Source of the DNA: Candidatus Eiseniibacteriota bacterium
GTDB lineage: Bacteria > Eisenbacteria > RBG-16-71-46
Direction: 5' to 3'
Assembly (NCBI GenBank): GCA_041483195.1
Contig: JBGPFC010000008.1
Coordinates: forward strand, 1 to 64,000
DNA length: 64,000 bases
The first letter of the stretch is position 1; each line of letters begins with the position of its first letter. The notes below the pieces were generated by a model. The model had not been told where the DNA came from. It made no database searches and was given only the letters and a program-made list of their open reading frames with translations. Of this stretch, positions 9,376-18,793 are shown one piece after another. Both the position numbers and the translations under genes were made by a program.

Positions 9376-11315
9376 GCTGCTGCGGAGTCGCGCGCACGCG
9401 CGGACGCGACGGGCAGGCTCTCCATCGGGCCGGCGAGCCGGTCGCGCGGGCGATCCAGATAGGTCTGTGCCCACAGCTCGAGGCACACCAGCGCCCACAC
9501 CTGTCGCACCCTCCGCTCTTCGCGCGCACCCTTCGCCTCGAGCACGGCCTCGACGCCGCGCGGGTCGAACCAGCCACGGCCGCGCGCGCGCGAATCGAGC
9601 AGCACCTCGCGGGCGAGCGTTCCGAACTCTGCGCCGAACCAGTGCTCGAGCGGCACGCCGAACCCCTGCTTGCCGCGATTCAGCGTCTCTTCGGGCAGCA
9701 GGTCGCGCACGCACTCCTTGAGGATCCACTTGCTCACCCCGCCGCGCAGCTTGTACTCGAACGGCACGCGCGCGACGAACTCGAGCACCTTGTGATCGAG
9801 CAGCGGCACGCGCACCTCGAGCGAGTGCATCATCGAGGTGCGGTCCACCTTCGCGAGCACGTCGTCGGTCATGTAGGTCATGGCATCGAGGTAGAGCAAC
9901 GCCGGCACGTCGCCGGACGCGGCCGCGGCGCGCGCGTGATGGGCGCGGGAGGCCGCGAACGGATCGTGGGCGCCGAGCGCGCTCCGCAACGCCGGCGAGA
10001 GCACGCGCGCCAGATCACGCGGCGGGAAATACGCCATCACGTCGAGATGGCGATCGACGACGTCGAGGCCGACGCGGCGCAGCTTGCGGCCCAGCGGGTG
10101 GTCGCCGTGGAGCAGCCCGGCCGGCCAGGCGGCGGCGCGGCGCATGGCGCGCGGCACCCGATCGATCCCCGCGTACCGCCGCGCCCAGGCGTAGGTCGAG
10201 TATCCGGCGTACGCCTCGTCGCCGCCATCGCCGGAGAGCGCGACCGTGACCTCGCGCCGTGCCATCTCCGCGACGTACGCGGTCGGGATCATCGATGGAT
10301 CGGCGAACGGCTCGTCGAGCTGCCACACCAGCCGCGGCAGCAGGTCGAGCGCGCGCGGCTTGACGATCAGCTCGTGGTGGTCGGTGCCGAGGTGCGCGGC
10401 GACGCGCCGCGCGTGCTCCAGCTCGCTCCAGTCCTGCTCCTCGAAGCCGATGCTGAAGGTCTTGACCGGCTCGCCCAGCGCCTGCGCCATCAGCGCCACC
10501 ACCACGCTGGAATCGATGCCGCCGGAGAGGAACGCCCCGAGCGGCACGTCGGCGACGAGGCGGATGCGCACCGCCTCGGCCAGCAGCGAGCGCAGCCGCT
10601 CGCGATAGAATTCCTCGCTGTGCCCCGGGTCGGGTTCGACCGGAAGCGACCAGTAGCGCTGCACCCGCGGCCCGTTCGCGTCGCACACCAGGAAATGCCC
10701 GGGGGGCAGCTTGTGCACGCCCTCGAAGATGCTGTCGGGCGACGGCACGTACTGGAAGGAGAGATAGTCGGCGATCGCGGTGAGTGAGGGCGTGCGCGGG
10801 ACCGCAGGGTCGAGCGCGAGCGCCTTGAGCTCCGAGGCGAACGCGAGACGCTTGCCGTCGTCATGCCAGTAGAGCGGCTTGATGCCGAGGCGATCGCGCG
10901 CGATCAGGAGCCGCCGGCGATTGCGATCCCACAGCGCGAACGCGAACATGCCGCGCAGGTGTTCGAGCAGACCGTCGCCGTGCTCCTCGTAGAGATGGAG
11001 CAATGCCTCGGTATCGCTGTTGCCGCGGAAACGGTGGCCGCGGGACGCGAGCCAGGACCGGGTCTCGGGCCACCCGTAGAGCTCGCCGTTGTAGGTCACC
11101 CACAACGTCGCGTCTTCGTTCGGCATCGGCTGATGACCGCCCGGCGAGAGATCCACGATCGAGAGCCGGCGATGGCCGAGCGCGGTCGGCCCATCGCACC
11201 AGACGTCCCAGTCGTCGGGACCGCGGTGACGCATCGCGAGCGCCTGTCGCGTGACCAGCTCGCGATCCGGTTGAGCGCCGTCGCGGTAGTGGAAGACGCC
11301 GTTGATGCCGCACAT
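9372..11315 (-). CDS. asnB: Second asparagine synthase-family amidotransferase
   Basis: MCGI, HRGPD, HRRLSIVD, FLSGGIDSS, SGDGGDE, SLEVRVPLLDH. Confidence 0.92.
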   Translation of the reverse strand: MCGINGVFHYRDGAQPDRELVTRQALAMRHRGPDDWDVWCDGPTALGHRRLSIVDLSPGGHQPMPNEDATLWVTYNGELYGWPETRSWLASRGHRFRGNSDTEALLHLYEEHGDGLLEHLRGMFAFALWDRNRRRLLIARDRLGIKPLYWHDDGKRLAFASELKALALDPAVPRTPSLTAIADYLSFQYVPSPDSIFEGVHKLPPGHFLVCDANGPRVQRYWSLPVEPDPGHSEEFYRERLRSLLAEAVRIRLVADVPLGAFLSGGIDSSVVVALMAQALGEPVKTFSIGFEEQDWSELEHARRVAAHLGTDHHELIVKPRALDLLPRLVWQLDEPFADPSMIPTAYVAEMARREVTVALSGDGGDEAYAGYSTYAWARRYAGIDRVPRAMRRAAAWPAGLLHGDHPLGRKLRRVGLDVVDRHLDVMAYFPPRDLARVLSPALRSALGAHDPFAASRAHHARAAAASGDVPALLYLDAMTYMTDDVLAKVDRTSMMHSLEVRVPLLDHKVLEFVARVPFEYKLRGGVSKWILKECVRDLLPEETLNRGKQGFGVPLEHWFGAEFGTLAREVLLDSRARGRGWFDPRGVEAVLEAKGAREERRVRQVWALVCLELWAQTYLDRPRDRLAGPMESLPVASARARDSAAA

Positions 11316-11357
11316 GGTCAGTGGCTCCGTTCGGAGAGATCGCGCGTCATGCCGGCC

Positions 11358-13904
11358 TCAGGGTCTCCTGGCGACGAGAATCGAGCCCATCGTCACCCCC
11401 GAATAGTAATCCCGATCGAGAAAGTAGTCGCTCAGGTGGTAGTTCGGATAGTGCGGCTGGCGGATCATCTTGATCCCGACCGCGTAGCTGCCGTCGGCCA
11501 CGTCCCGCGGGACCTCGAGCGTGAACGAGTCGCGAACCACCTCGTTCGCGCGCCACAGATCGACCCCGTACGCCCCGCCGGTCGGGAGGTGGTCCGCCCG
11601 GAAGCGGTAGCGCTCGCGGCGCGCGATCTCGACCAGCTTGCGCACCGGCTTGGCGACGATCGCGGGGGGCGCGAGGCCGCCGGGGAGCGTGCGGTCGAAC
11701 CGCACCGCCACCTCGTAGGATCCGGCGGGCAGCGGCTCCAGCGCGCGCCAGTCGGCGACCCCGTGCAGCGTGTCTCCCGGCGCGACGACCCGCGGCCAGA
11801 GCGCGAGACGATGGATGACCGGCAGGCCCGCTCCCAGACGCCGGCCGACCGGAAACAGCCCGGGGAGGAATTCCGCGACGTTCGGGCGCTGGGGCGGCGG
11901 CCCATCGAGCGTGTCGAGCGCCGCGCGGTGCACGCGGTAGACGACGAAGTCGCCGGTATCGCGCACCCGCTCGAACGCCGCCGGGTGCCGGTCGAGCCGC
12001 ACGCGCGCCTCGTCGAACCACCCCGGCGTGGGCGCCCAGTAGTCGAGCCGCGGGATCTCGGTGAAGCGGCGATTGAGCGCGATCGCGTCCACGCCGTAGC
12101 GCCGCACGACGTCGCGGGTGCGCGCCCAGCTCGCGAACGGGTCGAGCGCATCGCGCGCATCGAGCAGCCGCGTGAGCGCGAGCGAGTCGTTGGGCGAGCT
12201 GTGCTGATCGACCAGCGTCACGACGAAGTGACGCGTGAACATCGGCACCGCGTACGAGGTCGCCGGATCGGAGAGCACGACGCTCCCCGCGGGCAGGTGC
12301 GTGTCCATCCACATGAGGTCGTCGCGCCAGGGCAGCGGGCTCACCCGGGTCTCGTCGGCCTCGAACCGCGCGGGCCGCGCGAACACGAGCGCGGCGTCGT
12401 GCGCGGCGGGCCACGCGAGCGCGAGCACCACCGCCATCGCCAGCGCGGCGCGCAGGCGCGGTCGCCCGGCGTCGAAGAACCGCATCGGCAGGGTCGCGGC
12501 GGCCAGACCCAGCAGCGGCCCGGTCGGGAGTATCCACACGAATCGCATGAGCAGGTACCCGATCCGGGGCGACAGCAGCGCGACCACCGGCGGGTCGAAC
12601 ATGACGAGCACGACGGCCAGCGAGGTCGTCAACAGGTAGAGCACCGCTGCGTTGCTGCGGCCGTGCCGCCACAATGCCCACCACCCGAGCGGAAACAGGG
12701 CCCACAGCATCGCGTTCCAGTCCCACAGCACGCCGACCGACACCATGCGAATCCGGTCCGTGACGAGCAGCAGGCCCTGCGGCTCGGTGTGAATGACGTT
12801 CGCGGGGGCATACGCGTGCAGCGCGCGCCACGCGAGGTAGGGCAGGCACGCGAGCCCCATCGCGGCGGCGGTGCCAGCGCCCCGACGCGCCGCCTCGCTC
12901 CACCCGCGATCGCGCAGCGCGATCCCCAGCAGCAGCGCCCCCGCCACCAGCGCGAGCTGGATCGCGGAGAACACGTGAGTCGTCACCGCCGCGAGCGCGA
13001 GCGCGATCGCGGCGAGCCTCGATGCTCTGCGCCGCGCGTCGAGGTCCGCGATCAGCGCGATCATCGCGGCGAGGCAGAGCTGGTCCGCGAGGAAGGTCGA
13101 GAATACCGCCTTGCGGAGCGGCTGCCAGCCGATCTGGCCGGCTCGAACCACCAGCTCCGCCCACGCGGTCGCGGCCGCTCCCGCCGGCCCGGCCGCGAGC
13201 CAGCCGAATGCCGCGGCGTTCAGGACGAAGAGCGGAGCGATCGCGAGCGAGAGCCAGCGCCAGGTCTCGACCGGATCGCGCCGCGCGAGCGCCGCGATCA
13301 GCGCGACCTGCGGATGCCACAGCCCCTTCCGCGGATCGACCCCGGCCCCGCCGGCGTCCCTGAAGAACGCGTCGCGTGGAAACGCGTCGCCGCCTTCGAG
13401 CATGCGGCGAATGGTCCCGATGTGATCGGGGGAATCACCGTAGTAGGTGATCGGGGTCCCGAGGCGCGCGACGTGAACCACCGCGAGCGCCGCAGCGAGC
13501 GCCACCGCCGCCCACGCGACACCCCTGAGGGTGCGCCTCGCGGGCGCTCCCGAATGGGAAGACGTGCGCCCCGCGCGCCACATCGCGACCGACCACAGCA
13601 AAGCGCCAGGCACCACGCTCCACGTGGCGAGCACGGTGAATGGCACGCCGCACGCCCGGGTCGCGATCACCAGCGCTGCGTTCCATGCGATGCCGAACCC
13701 CATCGCCCACGCCGGCGCGAGCGCGAGCCCGCCGGGCGGCGCCGCCCCCATCGCGACGAACGCGTAGCCCGGGGCCAGCACGCTCGCGACGAAAGCGAGC
13801 GCGATCGCCGGTTGGGCCGGCAGCACGCGCAGCAGCCCCGCACATCCCGCGAGCTGGAGCGCGACCATCGCCACGCCGAGCGCGACCGCGGATCGCGGCT
13901 TCAT
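11358..13904 (-). CDS. Large polytopic membrane protein, probable GT-C fold glycosyltransferase with C-terminal extracytoplasmic domains
   Basis: More than 10 TM segments; acidic GDSPDH in the first large loop; soluble domain WMDTHLPAGSVVLSD; C-terminal beta-rich domain (W..NEVVRDSFTLEVP.D..GSY). Confidence 0.6.
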   Translation of the reverse strand: MKPRSAVALGVAMVALQLAGCAGLLRVLPAQPAIALAFVASVLAPGYAFVAMGAAPPGGLALAPAWAMGFGIAWNAALVIATRACGVPFTVLATWSVVPGALLWSVAMWRAGRTSSHSGAPARRTLRGVAWAAVALAAALAVVHVARLGTPITYYGDSPDHIGTIRRMLEGGDAFPRDAFFRDAGGAGVDPRKGLWHPQVALIAALARRDPVETWRWLSLAIAPLFVLNAAAFGWLAAGPAGAAATAWAELVVRAGQIGWQPLRKAVFSTFLADQLCLAAMIALIADLDARRRASRLAAIALALAAVTTHVFSAIQLALVAGALLLGIALRDRGWSEAARRGAGTAAAMGLACLPYLAWRALHAYAPANVIHTEPQGLLLVTDRIRMVSVGVLWDWNAMLWALFPLGWWALWRHGRSNAAVLYLLTTSLAVVLVMFDPPVVALLSPRIGYLLMRFVWILPTGPLLGLAAATLPMRFFDAGRPRLRAALAMAVVLALAWPAAHDAALVFARPARFEADETRVSPLPWRDDLMWMDTHLPAGSVVLSDPATSYAVPMFTRHFVVTLVDQHSSPNDSLALTRLLDARDALDPFASWARTRDVVRRYGVDAIALNRRFTEIPRLDYWAPTPGWFDEARVRLDRHPAAFERVRDTGDFVVYRVHRAALDTLDGPPPQRPNVAEFLPGLFPVGRRLGAGLPVIHRLALWPRVVAPGDTLHGVADWRALEPLPAGSYEVAVRFDRTLPGGLAPPAIVAKPVRKLVEIARRERYRFRADHLPTGGAYGVDLWRANEVVRDSFTLEVPRDVADGSYAVGIKMIRQPHYPNYHLSDYFLDRDYYSGVTMGSILVARRP

Positions 13905-13995
13905 GGTTCCGGCTCCCGGCGATCGGGCGCGATCGCAGCGAGGCCGAGCCGGCCGGGTCCGATGCGTCTCACGGATCGCAACGCGCGCCTCCGGC

Positions 13996-14856
13996 TCAGG
14001 CCCGGAGGCGGCCGAGTTCCGCGAAGCCGTCGTCGAGATCGACGAGGTCCGCGATCACCCCGCTCGCGCCGCTCGCGCGCGCGAAGCGCGCGCCGTCCCC
14101 GAGGCTCACCGCGCCCCCCGCGCGCAGCTCCTTGGCGAACACCGGGAACGACGCGGCCCGCAGCTCGGCGAGCGTCTGCTCCGGCGTCGGCTTCATCTGC
14201 AGCCCGCGCGGGTTCACCGGGCCGATCACGACATCGGGCGCGATCCCCCACTCGCGCAGTCGCGCGAGCAGCGAGCCCAGGTTGTGCGTCTCGAAGCCGG
14301 CGCGCACACGGAAACGCGAGCGCACGAAGCGCAGGTAGTGATCGAAGAATCGCCGGTGCCCTCCGGCCAGCGCGAGGTCGGTGAGCGTCGAGGCGAGCAC
14401 CACCGCGTCGAGCCGCGGCGCGGCGAGCGACGCGCACTCCAGCTCGAGCAGCACGGGCACCAGGCCGGTGAGGTCGCTCGCGAGCACGCCGCCCACGTGC
14501 GAAATCCCGGTGAGACCGAGGCGGATGAGCGTCGCCGGGGGCGCGCCCCTCACGCGCTTGAAAGCGGTGCCCACCAGTCCGAGATCGGAGGAATCGCGAA
14601 CGTAGGCCGGCACGTTCGGCACCAGCGCCCACGCCGGAATCGCCTCCCCGAGCGCGGCGAGCGCCGCGCGCGCGGCGGCCGAAGGCGTGATCACGACGCC
14701 CTCCGCCCCCGCCTCGAGCGCCGCGCGCAGCGCCCCCGCCAGCGCATCAGCCTCGCGGTAGCGGCGCATCACATCGAGCGTGCGTTCGCGGTCGCTGCGC
14801 GTGACGCCGAGCAGCGCCTCGGTGCCGAGCAGCAGCGACGGCCGGGGCCCGCTCAC
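13996..14856 (-). CDS. Hypothetical protein, aldo/keto-reductase-like alpha/beta barrel
   Basis: GTG start overlaps the upstream stop; LLLGTEALLG, GFETHN, PVNPRGLQM, AKELRAGG pattern. Confidence 0.55.
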   Translation of the reverse strand: MSGPRPSLLLGTEALLGVTRSDRERTLDVMRRYREADALAGALRAALEAGAEGVVITPSAAARAALAALGEAIPAWALVPNVPAYVRDSSDLGLVGTAFKRVRGAPPATLIRLGLTGISHVGGVLASDLTGLVPVLLELECASLAAPRLDAVVLASTLTDLALAGGHRRFFDHYLRFVRSRFRVRAGFETHNLGSLLARLREWGIAPDVVIGPVNPRGLQMKPTPEQTLAELRAASFPVFAKELRAGGAVSLGDGARFARASGASGVIADLVDLDDGFAELGRLRA

Positions 14857-16871
14857 GCCGGCACCTCGACGCGCTCGCCGCCGCGCTCCGCCGATGCGTA
14901 GAGCGCGCTCATCATGCGCTGCACGTCGCAGCCGGCTCGCGCGGTGATCGGCGGCGCCGCTCCACCGGTGACCCACGCGAGGAAGTGCGCGTCCTCCAGG
15001 TAGTAGCCTTCGCCGTTGAGATCGAAGCGCGCGGGCTGGGGCAGCTCCGACTGCCGGAGCGACGTGGCGCCGGCCGGCCAGCCGCCGATCGGGGCGCGCA
15101 GCGTGAGCGCGAGAGTCTCGTTGGTGACGCGCAGCGTCCCGTTGTCGCCTTCGGCCTCCATGATCGTGGCCGAGAGCGGGTAGTCGGGAACGCTCCACGA
15201 AGTCTCGAACGCCATGTCCGCGCCGCCGGCCAGGGTGAACACCCCGCGCAGCTCGTCCTCGACCTCTCCGTATTTCTTGGCCCAGGTCGCGCGCGCGGCC
15301 ACCGGCCGGCCGAAGCCGTTCAGCAGCAGGAAGAGCAGGTGCGACGAGATGTTCGCGACCACACCGCCGCCCGAGAGGCGCGGGTCGTACATCCAGCCGC
15401 GCTGGGGCGCGAACACCTGCGACAGGTACATCGAAGCGGAAACGCGCCGCACCGTTCCGAGCGCGCCCGCCTCCAGCGCGTGCTGCGAGGCCACGAACGT
15501 CGGAAGAAACGCGAACACGTAGCCGCAGGCCACCGGCTGCGCGTGAGTGGCGGCCAGCGCCTCGATGCGGCGTGCGTCATCGAGTGATTGCGCGAGGGGT
15601 TTCTCGATGAAGACGGCGGCGCCGGCGGCGACGCAGGCCTCGGCCACGGCCGCGTGCGAACCGGGCGGCGTGCACACCCAGACCGCGTCGGGCCTGACCG
15701 CGGCCAGCATCGCATCGAGACGCGTGAAAACCGGCGCGGAGAATCCCATGCCGCGCAGGCTCCGGGCCGGCGCCGGATGATGGTCGCACAGGCCCACCAC
15801 CTCGACGCCCGGCACCATGGCGAGCACCGCGCTGTGCACGACGCCCATCTTGCCCAGACCCACGATCGCGGCGCGCACCGGCCGGGACGGGCCGACGCCC
15901 GGCCGCAGCAGCGAGAGTTCGGGCAGGCCGGAGCGCGCCGGCGCGAACGCCGGCGCCGGCGCGGCCGCGGCCGGCCCGGCCGCCGTGCCGCGCATCGACG
16001 ATTCGATTCCCGCCGAGAGCCGGGTCCATGGAATCGAGAAGTCGCGCGCGGTCGCGCCGCGATCCACGCGTGCCGGCGAGATCATGCCCAGCACGTTGTC
16101 CACCGAGATCGGCGGGCGTTTGAGCACCAGCCCCATCATCCGCGCCATGAGCAGCGCGATGCCCCCCGGAACGTGGACCACGGGCTTCCGGACACCGATC
16201 CTCCCGGCCACATTCGCGAGGAATTGATTGAACGTCACGCGCTCCGGGCCGAGCAGGTCGTACGTCTTCCCCACGACATCGTCGCGGACCAGGCACTGCT
16301 CGATGACCTCGCACACGTCGTCGACGTGGATGGGATCGAGCTCGATCTCACCGTCGCCGATCACCGGCACCACCGGCAGCCGGCGCAGATACTGGGTGAG
16401 GGTCGCGAACAATCCGAGTCCGCCCGCGCCGTACACCAGCGAGGGGCGCAGCGTCACGAACGGGACGCCCGAATCGCGCACCAGGGCTTCGGCGGCGCGC
16501 TTGGTGGCGCCGTAGGGTCCGACCCGCTCGCGCGTCGCCGAGATCGTGGAGGTGAAGACGAAGCGTCGCACCCCCGCGGCACGCGAAGCCTCGAGCAACA
16601 GGCGCGTGGCGTCGAGGTTGATCGACCGTACCACCCTGGGATCGGCGATTCCGGCCGCCACCGCGAGGTGCACCACGGCATCGCAGCCGCGGACCGCCCG
16701 GGCGATGAGCGCGGGATCGGTGATCGCGCCCTCGACCACCCGGGCGCCGCGGGCGGCGAGGTCCGGAGCGGGCCGGCGGGTGAGCGCGACGACGGCGTGC
16801 CCCGCTGCGAACGGCCTCTCGATCAGGCGCCGTCCGATGAAGCCGGTCGCACCGGTGACCAGGATCCTCAT
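14853..16871 (-). CDS. Fusion of an atypical SDR (NDUFA9-like epimerase) and a Gfo/Idh/MocA oxidoreductase
   Basis: N-half TGATGFIG, YGATK, RPSLVYG; Ala/Pro linker; C-half VGLGKMG, IEKPLA, GGGVVANISSH. Confidence 0.85.
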   Translation of the reverse strand: MRILVTGATGFIGRRLIERPFAAGHAVVALTRRPAPDLAARGARVVEGAITDPALIARAVRGCDAVVHLAVAAGIADPRVVRSINLDATRLLLEASRAAGVRRFVFTSTISATRERVGPYGATKRAAEALVRDSGVPFVTLRPSLVYGAGGLGLFATLTQYLRRLPVVPVIGDGEIELDPIHVDDVCEVIEQCLVRDDVVGKTYDLLGPERVTFNQFLANVAGRIGVRKPVVHVPGGIALLMARMMGLVLKRPPISVDNVLGMISPARVDRGATARDFSIPWTRLSAGIESSMRGTAAGPAAAAPAPAFAPARSGLPELSLLRPGVGPSRPVRAAIVGLGKMGVVHSAVLAMVPGVEVVGLCDHHPAPARSLRGMGFSAPVFTRLDAMLAAVRPDAVWVCTPPGSHAAVAEACVAAGAAVFIEKPLAQSLDDARRIEALAATHAQPVACGYVFAFLPTFVASQHALEAGALGTVRRVSASMYLSQVFAPQRGWMYDPRLSGGGVVANISSHLLFLLLNGFGRPVAARATWAKKYGEVEDELRGVFTLAGGADMAFETSWSVPDYPLSATIMEAEGDNGTLRVTNETLALTLRAPIGGWPAGATSLRQSELPQPARFDLNGEGYYLEDAHFLAWVTGGAAPPITARAGCDVQRMMSALYASAERGGERVEVPA

Positions 16872-16989
16872 GGGGCGCCGGTCCGGCTGCGTGCGGAAGA
16901 CGCCGAGATCGCGGGCACGGAACCTCGTCCGGTCAGGGAAGTGAGCGCACGATCGGGCGTGGGGCGCGCGAGCGGCGACGCGGGCGGAC

Positions 16990-17018
16990 ACGCTAGACCA
17001 CGCGCCGGCCCGCGGCAA
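16990..17018 (-). promoter_or_regulatory. Putative sigma70 promoter TTGCCG-N17-TAGCGT
   Basis: Motif in the 208-bp gap upstream of the SDR-Gfo fusion. Confidence 0.35.
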
Positions 17019-17079
17019 GCCGCGCACGGCCGCCCGCGGCGTTCCGCTTCGCTCGCGATCGCGGGGCGACGAACCCGGC

Positions 17080-18606
17080 TCACGATTCCGCGTCCGGCGG
17101 GCGCTGTCCGTTCTCGACGAACGGGAGCCGGAATTCGCGAATGACCTGCCGCAGCCCCAGGCCGCGCATGAGCGGGTGCACGGCCGCGCCGTACAACACG
17201 ACGAAGCAGGCCGCGCCGAGCCCGATGCGCCCGGCCCGGACCGCGAACGACGCGGCCTGGCGCCCGGGCAGGGCGGCGTCGAGTGCCACCGCGAGGACCA
17301 GGCTCACGACGAGCGGCAGATACGCCCATACCATCTCGAGCACCCGGCGGCCGAGCGGAAGCCGCAGCGCACCGCACGCGAGCCACAGCAGCACCGCGCC
17401 GTTGACCGCGTAGGTCGTGAACGTGGCCCAGGCGACGCCGTTGATCCCGTACCCGGCGCGCAGCGCCGCGAAGTCGAGCGCCGCCCCGGCCGCGGTCATG
17501 AACACCGCGGCCACCACTAGGTGCATGCGCCGGCCGAGCGTCATGAGCAGGATCGAGGAGAGGTTCGCCATCGTGAGCCCGGCCGCGCCGAAGCACAGCA
17601 CCCGCACCACGCCCGCTCCGGGAATGAACTTCGGAAGCAACATGGCGACGGCTTCGCGGGCCCCGAGAAACGTGAGGCCGCAGAGCCCGGCGATCGTGAC
17701 CGTCAGCACCCGCAGCGAACGGAGCGCGTCCTCCCGGATCGCCTCGGGGCGATCACCGCCTTCCCGATAGCGGCGGAGAAAGTGTGGATAGAGCACGTAG
17801 GACACCGAGTCGGGCAGGTAGAGCACCAGGGTGAGGGCCATGAGACCGAGGCTGTAGAAGCCGAGGCCTTCCACGCCGACGAAGCGCAGCACCATGATGC
17901 GGTCGACGCTGCGCATGATCAGGCTCAGTCCCTGGTAGAGGAACATCGGGAACCCGACGCGCAGGAGCAGGAGGCTGTCCCGCGACGCGCGGGGCACGAT
18001 CGGTATCGACGGTGGCGATCGCCAGCGCGAGTAGGCCAACGCCACGGCGTTCGCGACCAGCCATCCCCACAGCAGGCCCCACGCCCCCAGCCACGGGACG
18101 AGCGAGAGTCCGAGGATCGCACCGATCGCGCCCTGCAGCACGAACCACACGCTCACCGAGCCGATGTCGCCGTGGGAGCGCTGCAGCGTCAGGTGGTAGT
18201 AGGCGAAGTTGATGAGCACCACGCAGCACAGCGCGACCGCCACCCCATCGAGCCCCCAGTGCGTTCGGATCGAGCCCGAGGAGCGCGCGACGTAGAGCAT
18301 GATGGCGGAGGCGAACACGGCGGAGGTCGTGACGATATTGAAGAGGCCGGCGCGGGCGAGTTGCATGAGGCGCGCATGGTCGCCGTCCACGATGCGCGCG
18401 GGGACCGCCTGATCGAGGCCCTGCTGCGTGCCGAGCAGGCTGAACGGACCGTAGTCGAGGATCAGGTTGAGCGCGTTCCACGCGCCGTATGGGCCGGGCC
18501 CGAGCAGCCGCGCGGCGATCACGCCGCGCAGCATGAGCGCCGCGCGCGCGACGTACTGGGTGGCTGCGAACCCGACCGAGTCCCGGATGAGCTTGCGAGG
18601 GTGCAT
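17080..18606 (-). CDS. Wzx/MOP-family oligosaccharide flippase
   Basis: ARLLGPGPYG, ~14 TM segments, GFPMFL..SVDRIMV..GFYSLG, VLYPHF. Confidence 0.85.
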   Translation of the reverse strand: MHPRKLIRDSVGFAATQYVARAALMLRGVIAARLLGPGPYGAWNALNLILDYGPFSLLGTQQGLDQAVPARIVDGDHARLMQLARAGLFNIVTTSAVFASAIMLYVARSSGSIRTHWGLDGVAVALCCVVLINFAYYHLTLQRSHGDIGSVSVWFVLQGAIGAILGLSLVPWLGAWGLLWGWLVANAVALAYSRWRSPPSIPIVPRASRDSLLLLRVGFPMFLYQGLSLIMRSVDRIMVLRFVGVEGLGFYSLGLMALTLVLYLPDSVSYVLYPHFLRRYREGGDRPEAIREDALRSLRVLTVTIAGLCGLTFLGAREAVAMLLPKFIPGAGVVRVLCFGAAGLTMANLSSILLMTLGRRMHLVVAAVFMTAAGAALDFAALRAGYGINGVAWATFTTYAVNGAVLLWLACGALRLPLGRRVLEMVWAYLPLVVSLVLAVALDAALPGRQAASFAVRAGRIGLGAACFVVLYGAAVHPLMRGLGLRQVIREFRLPFVENGQRPPDAES

Positions 18607-18793
18607 GGGGGAGGGATCTCGCTCAGCGACCCGGCGGCGCGGCGCGGCCGGGGTGTCGCACGCGCCCGCCGGCCCGCGGCGCGGAACGCCGCCGGCGATC
18701 CGCGCATGGCGCGCGGAAGCCGCGCGAAAGCAGTGGAGCGGAACCGCCCGGCTGCACTAGACTGGACGATCCCATGCTCGCCACCCGACCCAC

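Noticed and set aside
7127..9577. Long N-terminal extensions in the ORF track (e.g. 816-aa GT4, 896-aa flippase, 668-aa Wzy, 557-aa RibF) as fusions
   Set aside because: The extensions overlap upstream genes in another frame; true starts lie at stop/start overlaps.
5188..11315. AsnB-like genes as lasso peptide cyclases
   Set aside because: Both have intact glutaminase domains, no precursor or B1/B2 genes are adjacent, and the context is glycosyltransferases.
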